This document shows, piece after piece, positions 8,770 through 16,830 of a DNA stretch of 26,866 nt. Location: positions 1 to 26,866 of IMG/VR virus record IMGVR_UViG_3300037484_000747. One strand, written 5' to 3'. This DNA comes from a virus (taxonomy: Duplodnaviria; Caudoviricetes). The notes under the pieces were generated by a model, which was not told where the DNA came from, searched no databases, and worked only from the letters and a program-made list of their open reading frames with translations. Made by a program: the position numbers and the translations under genes. Positions within the stretch are counted from its first letter, which is position 1. Each line of letters starts with the position of its first letter.

Positions 8770-9012
8770 TCATTTCACTCGCTCTAATTCAAAATCACGC
8801 AATCCATTAACTTCATACAAGCCAAAGCGTACATTATAATAACATTCCGAAGGCGGACACCATACGCGAACTATCATACCATTTGTATATCGTGGGTCAG
8901 CGCGCAACTTCACCCGGTCGCCTTCAAAGAACTTTTGAACTGCTGGTTGAGGTTGTTCGCAACCACCTAAGCAACCTAGCAATACCATCAATACAACAAT
9001 TCGCTTAATCAT
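8770..9012 (-). CDS. Predicted lipoprotein with SH3/KOW-like domain
   Basis: MIKRIVVLMVLLGCLGGC signal with lipobox; KFFEGDRVKL...YYNVRF...ELE beta-barrel pattern. Confidence 0.65.
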   Translation of the reverse strand: MIKRIVVLMVLLGCLGGCEQPQPAVQKFFEGDRVKLRADPRYTNGMIVRVWCPPSECYYNVRFGLYEVNGLRDFELERVK

Positions 9013-9352
9013 GGCTTAACACCTTTATCCGCGAGGCGACAACAACAGGACACCCACATTGGTATCCAGTAACGACAGGATATCGAAACAAAACCCTTCT
9101 AATTAGTCCGTGTCTTGGTCGTTGTAAGTAAACATGGAATCGTGGCGCATACTTCATGTTATCGCTAACCATGCGTGGCTTTGCATGTGAAACAAGCCAG
9201 CGATTCATTGGAACTTTGGCTTTACCGTTATGTTTATAAACTGCAAATAATAATGTACTGGTGGTTCGATAATTGTAGAATATCTTCCAACCATATCGCT
9301 GTCGATACGACAGAAGTTCTCTCGGTCGTTTACTTATGCTTGTCAAGCACAT
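9005..9352 (-). CDS. Hypothetical protein, paralog family member 2
   Basis: Same conserved blocks as 8373-8747. Confidence 0.75.
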   Translation of the reverse strand: MCLTSISKRPRELLSYRQRYGWKIFYNYRTTSTLLFAVYKHNGKAKVPMNRWLVSHAKPRMVSDNMKYAPRFHVYLQRPRHGLIRRVLFRYPVVTGYQCGCPVVVASRIKVLSHD

Positions 9353-9365
9353 AATATTTGTTTCC

Positions 9366-9740
9366 TTAATTCACACGCAATCGGTTTGCGACAACAATAG
9401 GTAGGTCATTTTGCCAACCTGTCGTCACCGGGCCGCGCCAATGGACTTTACAAACACGTTCGCCAGCCGAAATCATATACGCTGGTGGACGCACTAGATA
9501 AATATGGAAGCGTAACAAATATCGTTCGTTCTTATTCCGTTGTTGATTGAAAACAATCGCAGTATGCGGTTGAAAACTCCTTAACCACTTTCGCCGTGGC
9601 ACCTGGCGCGCTTGGTTATGGATAAAGAATTGAAAAAAAAGTTTCTTAGGCACAAAACCAACATCAAATATCTTCCAGCCGTATCGTTGTTTATATGACA
9701 TTTGCTGTTTAAGCTCTGTATCGATTATTTGCAAGCACAT
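9366..9740 (-). CDS. Hypothetical protein, paralog family member 3
   Basis: Same conserved blocks; AGGAGG RBS. Confidence 0.75.
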   Translation of the reverse strand: MCLQIIDTELKQQMSYKQRYGWKIFDVGFVPKKLFFQFFIHNQARQVPRRKWLRSFQPHTAIVFNQQRNKNERYLLRFHIYLVRPPAYMISAGERVCKVHWRGPVTTGWQNDLPIVVANRLRVN

Positions 9741-9785
9741 ATATCCTCCTAATGAACTTAATCGCTTCCCAAATATACCGATACA

Positions 9786-10085
9786 TCAATTCAGCGGTAG
9801 CATTCCACATTCTCGACCACCAATCAACACGTTATCTTTGTCATGTGCCATCCAGGTCTTGCCGCACGAACATAAGTCAATTCGTGCATGAAATTTGCCT
9901 TCTTTGATAAAGTTATCAAACGACAGTGATCGCGATATGAATCCAAAATTACTGTACGAATTAATCGTAACATACCCGTCTTGCGCCAGGACGAACGTTA
10001 GTATGTCATCATATCGCAAGTCACGATTACGATGGAAGTCTTTTGCTTCTTCAAGCATAAACGCATCAAACAATGCTTGTCTCAT
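9786..10085 (-). CDS. Hypothetical protein with C-terminal CxC...H...C motif
   Basis: 99 aa ORF in operon. Confidence 0.55.
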   Translation of the reverse strand: MRQALFDAFMLEEAKDFHRNRDLRYDDILTFVLAQDGYVTINSYSNFGFISRSLSFDNFIKEGKFHARIDLCSCGKTWMAHDKDNVLIGGRECGMLPLN

Positions 10086-10087
10086 AG

Positions 10088-10300
10088 CTACTTCACCTTC
10101 CTTTTCGTCGGTTCAAAGTAGAATCGCCATTGCGTCGGAGTATGCCGCGTCTTCAGGACTTCCAGTGGATGGCCGATTTGACGTTCGATATCCTTAAGTG
10201 CTTCTCTCGAACCAAGCGTAAGCGTCCCTTTATCTTTACTTTGTCGAATTATCCGCGTCGGGAACTTCCACTTCGACCGTGTGACTTTTGAAAGCTTCAC
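10088..10300 (-). CDS. Hypothetical basic protein
   Basis: GTG start after AAGGAG. Confidence 0.55.
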   Translation of the reverse strand: MKLSKVTRSKWKFPTRIIRQSKDKGTLTLGSREALKDIERQIGHPLEVLKTRHTPTQWRFYFEPTKRKVK

Positions 10301-10316
10301 TATAATGCTCCTTAAT

Positions 10317-10390
10317 TGGAGTACAGGGTGGGAGTTGAACCCACTTGCTAGGATTTGCAGTCCTGTGCTTGACCGTTTAGCTACCTGTAC
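10317..10390 (-). tRNA. tRNA-Cys(GCA) with encoded CCA
   Basis: Minus strand GTACAGG/CCTGTAC acceptor stem, anticodon loop CT-GCA-AA, T arm GTGGG-TTCAACT-CCCAC, U discriminator and CCA; one C-A mismatch at the top of the anticodon stem. Confidence 0.92.
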
Positions 10391-10399
10391 GTAACTTAT

Positions 10400-10642
10400 T
10401 TAGTCGTTATCGCAAAAGATAATCGCTTGTTTGGATGCGCCAAGTTCGGATTCACGAACATCATTACCACCGTAAACGTCAGTGATCTTCTCGTGATAAC
10501 GAACACCACGAGTATCATTGTCTGGTGATGGATGACCTACAATGTCAATTCGTTCTAGTGATATGCAATCTCGATCTCTTGCAAACACGGCAGCGTCATC
10601 GGCCATTGGGCCAATAATTTGTTTGAGTTCTTTTACGATCAT
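10400..10642 (-). CDS. Hypothetical protein
   Basis: Likely start MIVKELKQII at 10642 after GGAGGT. Confidence 0.6.
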   Translation of the reverse strand: MIVKELKQIIGPMADDAAVFARDRDCISLERIDIVGHPSPDNDTRGVRYHEKITDVYGGNDVRESELGASKQAIIFCDND

Positions 10643-10825
10643 TCTACCTCCTACAATTTGGGCAATCAAACAACATTAGATTCCACCAGTACCATTGACG
10701 ACACTTCACGCATCTTTTAGTACTATACCAAATCATATGGGAAGTTTGTTTCGCCATCAATGCCTCGTCTGCCGTGTGGCGCATGGGTGGCGCACCAAAG
10801 CGCCAACCAAAGCCCACGGTCTTAA

Positions 10826-11605
10826 TCAAATCGCCAAATCCGGCCAAACTACTAATTTTGCGCGCCGCCGGGCGGGAAGTTTCCTCTTTCTTAGGGAGTC
10901 ATTTCCCACGGAATTGTGCCGCTTGCAACTACTTGGTTTTGTTGCGCAATTTCCGCAAAACTTTTGGGAAGTCGCTTTTTTTGGTGATTTCCCACGGCAA
11001 CTTTTGCAATTCGGACTTAAGCAACCCGGACACCGTGGCTGTGCAACAATCTCAAGTTTCAGTGGTCGCAACGTATGCGTTATGCTTGTGTCGCTATAAT
11101 ATAAGTATCCAAACCATGTCTTTGGGTGCTTCTCAGACAATGGTATACGTTCAAATTCACCAGGAAGTGGATGAATCACGGATACGCCATGAAATGTGCG
11201 AACGTACTTCTGAACATGTTGAATTACTTGTTCGGTTACGCTGGGCCAAAGGAACGAGAACAAATGCGTTACCCCGGCTGGAATTATAACATCGCGATAG
11301 TCGCCATGAATCACCGAAACATTTGAACTAAACGACGATAACAACTGTTGAGCAAGTTGGTAGCGCAATCGTGAGCATTCAATACCAAGTACCCGCGCAT
11401 CACGATCACGAGCTAATTTCAGCGCGCGGCCATCACCACACCCAATATCGAGTACAAACGAATTCGCATTAACGTTCAACAAGTTAAGCGCTCGTTCGAT
11501 TACATCAGATGGCGTAATGCCGAAGTTAACGTCAATTCCACGCTCCATATATGCTTCACTCAGTTTAGAATTCGTAATATATTCATCGCGTGTGATTATA
11601 TTCAT
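10826..11605 (-). CDS. Class I SAM-dependent methyltransferase (FAM173/DOT1-like) with Cys-rich C-terminal extension
   Basis: TPSDVIERALNLL, VLDIGCGDGR (motif I), GIEC, IHGD and FSFLWP; tail CPGC..CKSC..CGNC. Confidence 0.8.
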   Translation of the reverse strand: MNIITRDEYITNSKLSEAYMERGIDVNFGITPSDVIERALNLLNVNANSFVLDIGCGDGRALKLARDRDARVLGIECSRLRYQLAQQLLSSFSSNVSVIHGDYRDVIIPAGVTHLFSFLWPSVTEQVIQHVQKYVRTFHGVSVIHPLPGEFERIPLSEKHPKTWFGYLYYSDTSITHTLRPLKLEIVAQPRCPGCLSPNCKSCRGKSPKKATSQKFCGNCATKPSSCKRHNSVGNDSLRKRKLPARRRAKLVVWPDLAI

Positions 11606-11754
11606 TCTACCCTCACTAATTGTTCAAGTGTACCAAGAAATATGTCATTCTCATGTGCAACCGTCATTGCACACTTTTTGCACAACTTCAGCCGGTCTTG
11701 TTCACGTTGTTCACGGCACAACAAACAGCGCTTTTTTGGTCGTTTGTGTTTCAT
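11602..11754 (-). CDS. Zinc-binding microprotein (50 aa)
   Basis: Hand-translated MKHKRPKKRCLLCREQREQDRLKLCKKCAMTV...; ATGA overlaps at both ends. Confidence 0.55.
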   Translation of the reverse strand: MKHKRPKKRCLLCREQREQDRLKLCKKCAMTVAHENDIFLGTLEQLVRVE

Positions 11755-11963
11755 TTAAATTTAGACTCAAAATAGTCAAACTCAGTATGTTTCGGCTTAT
11801 CGAATACACGTTTAAGTGTATCTTCTTGTTTTTCATAATCCGCTGGAAATCTTACGTGAATATGGAACTTCGCGCGATCCATATGCATTACTTCGGTGTA
11901 ATCACCAAATACCCGCGCATTACGACCAAATACATCAGTTAAGCTACGTGCTGCCATTAGCAT
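11751..11963 (-). CDS. Hypothetical protein
   Basis: 70 aa ORF in operon. Confidence 0.5.
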   Translation of the reverse strand: MLMAARSLTDVFGRNARVFGDYTEVMHMDRAKFHIHVRFPADYEKQEDTLKRVFDKPKHTEFDYFESKFK

Positions 11964-12214
11964 ATTCCTAAATGCGCAGCCATATAAAGATCGTCAATTA
12001 ATTGACGAAGCGTAATACACTTTTTACCAGCTTCGCCGGCCCATTGATTATCCCTTATCGAATACTTATGATAATATACGACATTTGGAATTCGAATAAC
12101 CGACTCATACATATCACGAATCACGTCAAGGTCTTCTTGAGTTTCAATCGTCACTTCAATTGTACGTGGTTGGAAACTTGTCACTATAGGCGGGTCAGTT
12201 CGCTTAAATTTCAT
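11957..12214 (-). CDS. Hypothetical protein
   Basis: 85 aa ORF, GAGGAAGG RBS. Confidence 0.55.
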   Translation of the reverse strand: MKFKRTDPPIVTSFQPRTIEVTIETQEDLDVIRDMYESVIRIPNVVYYHKYSIRDNQWAGEAGKKCITLRQLIDDLYMAAHLGIC

Positions 12215-12226
12215 AAATTACCTTCC

Positions 12227-12418
12227 TCAATCGACTATTGCCAAATCTGCTGTATCGATAATCAACAGTTTGCCATCATTATACCCGATACCAACATTAT
12301 CAAAAAGCACTTCATACCGTGAACGTGGTAGTTCGGCAACGACAGCGCCTTCTTCATGTGGTCGCGCCCAATGATGCGCGTTAACACGTATCTTGTCACC
12401 GAGTTTGGGATATTTCAT
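12227..12418 (-). CDS. Small SH3/KOW-like protein
   Basis: KLGDKIRV...GAVV...YEVLFD pattern. Confidence 0.55.
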   Translation of the reverse strand: MKYPKLGDKIRVNAHHWARPHEEGAVVAELPRSRYEVLFDNVGIGYNDGKLLIIDTADLAIVD

Positions 12419-12569
12419 TTCGTTTTTCCTTAGCGCACATAGGGCAGCCTTTTGTCAATCTGTCGCGTTTATGTCGCGGTTGCCCTACAAACAACCAACG
12501 AACAGTTTCGTTGCGAAGTGTTTTCGTCCCGTGAATTTGGCAGTTTACGACCCATTTATCTTTGGTCAT
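12396..12569 (-). CDS. Zinc-ribbon microprotein (57 aa)
   Basis: Hand-translated MTKDKWVVNCQIHG...KGCPMCAKE. Confidence 0.5.
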   Translation of the reverse strand: MTKDKWVVNCQIHGTKTLRNETVRWLFVGQPRHKRDRLTKGCPMCAKEKRNEISQTR

Positions 12570-12658
12570 TTGCTTTTAACCTTATTTGCTTAGCATCTTC
12601 GCGAAGTTCTTTGGAACGCTTTTTCATCTCGTCATGCTTTGCTTGCCGTTCTTGCGCT

Positions 12659-12979
12659 TCAAGTTTGCGCTGTTCGCGCCGATGTGGAAAGTTCATTCGT
12701 TTCATAAAACCTCATTAGCCCAAATTTGCGTTGAAGTGGTTTGCATTCTCTAGTACACCAATGAACCTTAACCCACCGATTCATCACCATACACTTAGGG
12801 CACCTGACATAACTCGTGTTAGGGTCTCGATTATGCGCTCCACCAAACGAAGCAACCAATCGTGGCCATTCGGTAATAAAGAACTTAATGCAACACCAAG
12901 GTATGTTAGAGTGTAATCCATAAGCAACGTGTTGCGTGTCAGTCATTGAATCAACTTCAATGTTTCCGATGGGACCCAC
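12659..12979 (-). CDS. Cys-rich hypothetical protein
   Basis: IPWCCIKFF ... RCPKC; true start is probably MTDTQH. Confidence 0.55.
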   Translation of the reverse strand: MGPIGNIEVDSMTDTQHVAYGLHSNIPWCCIKFFITEWPRLVASFGGAHNRDPNTSYVRCPKCMVMNRWVKVHWCTRECKPLQRKFGLMRFYETNELSTSARTAQT

Positions 12980-13155
12980 CGATTATCAATTTGAACCAAA
13001 CAACCAGTGCTCACTGACCACTTATTTGGATATCCGCTTTGTTCCCATGCTGATTTGCAAAGGTAGTTGCCCAAAAACGTAAACACCAATACAAAAATGA
13101 TAGCAGCAATAACCATTGATACAATCGGGTGATCATCGATAAAATCAAATATCAT
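12943..13155 (-). CDS. Small single-pass membrane protein
   Basis: Hydrophobic IVSMVIAAIIFVLVFTFLG; GAGAGG RBS. Confidence 0.65.
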   Translation of the reverse strand: MIFDFIDDHPIVSMVIAAIIFVLVFTFLGNYLCKSAWEQSGYPNKWSVSTGCLVQIDNRWVPSETLKLIQ

Positions 13156-13178
13156 CGTATACCTCTCGTTTGGTTTGT

Positions 13179-13211
13179 GCTACTCACTGGTATTTCTCAC
13201 CAATGAGTAGC
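13179..13211 (-). other. Intergenic RNA hairpin (13 bp stem)
   Basis: Minus strand GCTACTCATTGGT-GAGAAAT-ACCAGTGAGTAGC with one G-U pair. Confidence 0.65.
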
Positions 13212-13319
13212 CCGAACAAAACAAATTACATCAAATTATACAAACTATATACAAAATCTGTGCACTAACTCCTTAATTGATTCTCATTGTTTTGCCCTCC
13301 TATACTTGACAAATTATAT

Positions 13320-13541
13320 TTAATTACGCTTGCCACCTTTTGGTTCACAAGCTTGGTAGAACTCCGTTCGATTGAATTGTTCGTCATCGTCGGCGAAGAT
13401 ATCGGCAATATCTTTTTGTAAACATTTTACAAAGCAAGACATATCAGGATCAAACTGATGGTGCTCGGTTAAGTCACAAAGCATTTTAGCAAACTTAACG
13501 TAATCGTGTTTTGGCATTATGTACCCACTTTTATCACTCAA
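13320..13541 (-). CDS. Hypothetical protein
   Basis: 73 aa ORF with ..F..D...FN...F..AC motif typical of small phage proteins. Confidence 0.6.
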   Translation of the reverse strand: MSDKSGYIMPKHDYVKFAKMLCDLTEHHQFDPDMSCFVKCLQKDIADIFADDDEQFNRTEFYQACEPKGGKRN

Positions 13542-13738
13542 CTTCCTGCCGATATCGAAACGTACTCTTGGCCATTTGGAAGATCAAATGGACCACACTC
13601 GCCGACATGAGAAGTAATATGAGCATGTCCAAGCGGACCACAATCACCAGAAGCACTATGGTAATAAAAAACTTGTTTTTCGCCATTACCTTCGCGCTCC
13701 AACTTTATTAATTGAGCAATGAAATTACTTAACGTCAT
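13538..13738 (-). CDS. Hypothetical protein
   Basis: AAGGAGG RBS. Confidence 0.6.
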   Translation of the reverse strand: MTLSNFIAQLIKLEREGNGEKQVFYYHSASGDCGPLGHAHITSHVGECGPFDLPNGQEYVSISAGS

Positions 13739-13886
13739 TGGTCGCCTCCTTTATTGCTTCTTTTAATGGAGTCAACCTACCACACGATAAGCACTTAATG
13801 CTTTCGTCATTGATCGCTTTGCCGTAGAAATTCACTGTTTGATGGAACTTAGGTTCTTGGCAGCTTGCGCAATGAATTCTTTCCAT
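13725..13886 (-). CDS. Zinc-ribbon microprotein (53 aa)
   Basis: Hand-translated MERIHCASCQEPKFH...KCLSCGR; AAGGAG RBS. Confidence 0.55.
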   Translation of the reverse strand: MERIHCASCQEPKFHQTVNFYGKAINDESIKCLSCGRLTPLKEAIKEATNDVK

Positions 13887-14043
13887 GTCAGTGTACTCCT
13901 TTTATTCTTGGCCTTTCGCGCACGTAGGAACACATCATTCAACCACTTCAAGCGGCACGAATCACAATTGCATATTCGTTTGTGGCTCATAAAAAGGACT
14001 TTGCTGTTTTGTCAAATATTCCATACTCGATCGTGTTTCGTCG

Positions 14044-14274
14044 TCATATAATCTTTCGAATGCCATGATATGGCATAAATTCGTACAATTTGCCTTTCAT
14101 TGACTCCAAGATATACTTATCCGGCATTGCATCGCCTGGCGTTGGCACACACTGAATCACACGAAGATTCTTAACAAGCCCCACTGTCACCGTCTGGCCA
14201 AGTCGCCAAGATTGTTTTGAATTCTTAATCATGTTGTTGTTCTTCATATGGGAGTTTATACCCACACTTTCCAC
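14044..14274 (-). CDS. Hypothetical phage protein
   Basis: Probable start MIKNSKQSW; VPTPGD..PD.Y.L motif. Confidence 0.55.
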   Translation of the reverse strand: MESVGINSHMKNNNMIKNSKQSWRLGQTVTVGLVKNLRVIQCVPTPGDAMPDKYILESMKGKLYEFMPYHGIRKII

Positions 14275-14383
14275 AATAGTTTACTACTAGATTGCCAGCG
14301 AGTGTATTGCGCCAGTAGTAACCGTCAAAGTAAACTTCTTTGACGTGGCAATTCGGGCACCCTTTAATTGTTTCCACTTTCAT
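14225..14383 (-). CDS. Zinc-ribbon microprotein (52 aa), related to 18149-18307
   Basis: Hand-translated MKVETIKGCPNCHVKEV...NYCGKCGYKLPYEEQQHD. Confidence 0.6.
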   Translation of the reverse strand: MKVETIKGCPNCHVKEVYFDGYYWRNTLAGNLVVNYCGKCGYKLPYEEQQHD

Positions 14384-14390
14384 TTGCCTT

Positions 14391-14606
14391 TCATTGTGAC
14401 TTATACTTATCCGTACGTTGGCTACGACGTTCGTTTTGCAACTCTCTTAACGTGTTAAGTATTGTAAGCTGGTTTTCAATAATTCGATACAATCCAGATT
14501 CGGTATTGACAGTATGGGTTGTCATACTAGTCGTCAAAAACGCTAACGTCAATGCAATACTTTCGTCGATTGTTTTCTTTGGGCAAGTATGTATTACTTC
14601 ACTCAT
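14391..14606 (-). CDS. Hypothetical protein ending in RRSQRTDKYKSQ
   Basis: GGAGG RBS. Confidence 0.6.
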   Translation of the reverse strand: MSEVIHTCPKKTIDESIALTLAFLTTSMTTHTVNTESGLYRIIENQLTILNTLRELQNERRSQRTDKYKSQ

Positions 14607-14745
14607 TGTGTTCCTCCTTGAATATCTGACTTCAGCAGCATACCATTATCACATATCCAGAAGTCTTCAAGCAAATGACGAAGTTGTTCACCTTCGGCAA
14701 CTTTAAGTGCCTGAGTGAAGTCATCAAAAGGTATCAGCCAACGTA

Positions 14746-14901
14746 TCATACTTTTCCTTTCCGCTGTGACTTATATTTATCTGTTCGTTGCGTGCGACGT
14801 TTGTTCTCATTGCGGTGGTATGGGCAAAAACCGCATATCTTATATTTTTGTTCAATCTCTCGCTTACGTTCCTTATTACCATTTGGTGTACTTGATTGCA
14901 T
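14746..14901 (-). CDS. Basic microprotein (51 aa) with CxxCxxH and RRTQRTDKYKSQ
   Basis: Hand-translated MQSSTPNGNKERKREIEQKYKICGFCPYHRNENKRRTQRTDKYKSQRKGKV. Confidence 0.55.
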   Translation of the reverse strand: MQSSTPNGNKERKREIEQKYKICGFCPYHRNENKRRTQRTDKYKSQRKGKV

Positions 14902-14911
14902 AAATAAACAC

Positions 14912-14999
14912 TTACAAGATAGTGTTTCCGATTATTGTTCGGTAGTTGTAAGCCCCTAGTGTGTTAGTGTGGGCAATTAACTATAACACTATCTTGTAA
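14912..14999. repeat. Perfect 15 bp inverted repeat enclosing two sub-hairpins
   Basis: TTACAAGATAGTGTT (14912-14926) and AACACTATCTTGTAA (14985-14999). Confidence 0.85.
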
Positions 15000-15006
15000 A
15001 TATTCA

Positions 15007-15252
15007 TCAAATAGCAATCCTTTGTATATATTCCATAATCTCTCGATCAATCATATTTTCACGTTTAATGCGCTTTGGTTGTTCGTGCTTGCGTATCCAC
15101 GAATTAAAGCGTTTAGTATCATAAACTGCCATAGTTTCAATGTCATCGTCCGAGTGCATATGGCATTCACAATACGGACAGTCAAGATACTGTCTCCCAC
15201 CATAAACATGAGTATGTTGGCAACGACAAACTTTACCGGATAACATAAACAT
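15007..15252 (-). CDS. Cys/His-rich hypothetical protein
   Basis: CRCQHTH...CPYCECH. Confidence 0.55.
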   Translation of the reverse strand: MFMLSGKVCRCQHTHVYGGRQYLDCPYCECHMHSDDDIETMAVYDTKRFNSWIRKHEQPKRIKRENMIDREIMEYIQRIAI

Positions 15253-15735
15253 AAGTATTTACCTAACTTGAATACGTTTGACCACGTTTCATGTCTAACT
15301 GTTTGAGTAACTTGTAGTATTCAGTTTCGCTGATTACTGTCTTTCTACCCATTACCTTCGCTGGTAGAAACACGCTTAATCGCCGCTTACCGCTACACCT
15401 AACCGATACGAGTGTTAACTTTTTCATTACTTTTAATAGTCTCTAAAACATACTTTAAACAAGTCAAATACCCAAGGACAAATTCTTTCGCTGTGTCTTT
15501 GGTAGCATATTCAATGATATGCCGGTAGCTGTTTTGCTTACTAACCAAAACGTCAATCAATTTCTCTGTTGGCATTATAATCTGTTTTCCTTTTTAGCCT
15601 GGATTAAAAGCAATGCTAGTGTCTTAAATGTCTTATTTGATTCGTCTTCGGACTGTTGATAACTGCAACATACTTCTGGCATCCAACCATGTATGGTGCA
15701 ATACAGTCCTATTTTTGTAACAATATCATCTGTCA

Positions 15736-16008
15736 TTAGTCACCATTTATCATTGTACAGTTACATTTACAACCAAATGATCTAATATGTTGGGTATGTA
15801 ATTGTTTCTGACATGATGTGCAAAGGTTCAATGGGTCTTTGCTTTCATTACCACGAACAGGACGTAAGCACATTGAACGTCCACTAAACGAGCCATTGAG
15901 TAAGTCATCTTGGAATATCCTAACAGCAAGATGCTTTGAATATGCTTGTTCACTCAATCGCTTGTACTGTCTATTAGCTATACGTTCAAACAAAGAATAA
16001 AGCGCCAT
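15736..16008 (-). CDS. Hypothetical protein with Cys-rich C-terminus
   Basis: GGAGG RBS; CTSC...H...CKCNC. Confidence 0.6.
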   Translation of the reverse strand: MALYSLFERIANRQYKRLSEQAYSKHLAVRIFQDDLLNGSFSGRSMCLRPVRGNESKDPLNLCTSCQKQLHTQHIRSFGCKCNCTMINGD

Positions 16009-16019
16009 TGAATATCCTC

Positions 16020-16790
16020 CTATCTATTTCTAAAACTAGCTGCAATATCAGCAAGCCAAGGTGTATCTTTAAAACTATCTTTGACTTTGTTCAAATGTGC
16101 CTTGTTCCATGCGTTATGAACTGTTCTTGCTTCTGTGCCATTGGTTATCCCATCGATTGAATACTTTGAAGTATGCTCACTAACCGATCTTTCATCACCT
16201 TCACTTACAGGGAGCGGGTGGTTGCAATTCTTATCGCAACCATAAATACAAGTCGGTTTGTCACCTAACATTATTGCCATTCGTTTCCTTGCTTGCTTAC
16301 CTTCTCTGCAAGGATGGATTTTTGAAATATCGTAATTTGGATACTTCGGCTTATCTTTACCGTCTTTAACCGTATCACCTGGGATAATACATGGACTTGA
16401 CTTACACGTAAAGGTGTTATTGCAATGCTTGCAGTAGTGACTATGTGTAAGTGCTATTAACTCAGGTAACAACGGTAACTTAGTATACAATGCATTGTTT
16501 GCGTCGGTCGCGCCGTTCGCGCTCCCGAATCGCCGGTTCGCGTTCGCGCCAGATGCCCCAAATTTCGCACCGGGAGCGGTTTCTGCACCCGTTGCGCGAG
16601 CGGTCGGCGCTGACCCCTCAATCGCCGCGATGCGTCGCGAGTTGGGGCTGGAAACCGCGTTTCCGTCGATTTCGGTCGATTTCGCCGGAATTGCGCGCTC
16701 TGCGATGGCAGTATTCGCGTGGTTGGCTTCTTTCGCGGCGATGGGAGTTTTCATATTCGTTTCGTTGGCAGTCATTTCAATCGTAGCCAC
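16020..16790 (-). CDS. Hypothetical protein, Cys/His-rich C-terminal half; start uncertain
   Basis: 256 aa ORF; the N-terminal part is Ala-rich and lies in a GC-rich segment. Confidence 0.5.
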   Translation of the reverse strand: MATIEMTANETNMKTPIAAKEANHANTAIAERAIPAKSTEIDGNAVSSPNSRRIAAIEGSAPTARATGAETAPGAKFGASGANANRRFGSANGATDANNALYTKLPLLPELIALTHSHYCKHCNNTFTCKSSPCIIPGDTVKDGKDKPKYPNYDISKIHPCREGKQARKRMAIMLGDKPTCIYGCDKNCNHPLPVSEGDERSVSEHTSKYSIDGITNGTEARTVHNAWNKAHLNKVKDSFKDTPWLADIAASFRNR

Positions 16791-16812
16791 TAGCAGAGAT
16801 GCCAGTGGCTAC
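16783..16812 (-). other. Intergenic RNA hairpin (13 bp stem)
   Basis: Minus strand GTAGCCACTGGCA-TCTC-TGCTAGTGGCTAC with one G-U pair. Confidence 0.65.
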
Positions 16813-16830
16813 TGTTGACGTGACGGCTGT

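Noticed and set aside
8373-9740. Paralog trio or the 14395/14765 duplication as DGR template/variable repeats
   Set aside because: No reverse transcriptase in the window, and differences are not confined to adenines of one copy.
14391-14393. Stop-codon reassignment suggested by TGA aligning with an Arg codon in the duplicated segment
   Set aside because: All long genes are intact in the standard code and TGA, TAA and TAG all serve as coupled stops.
14912-14999. Hammerhead ribozyme
   Set aside because: GAAAC is present but the CUGANGA core is not (CUACCGA at the equivalent place).
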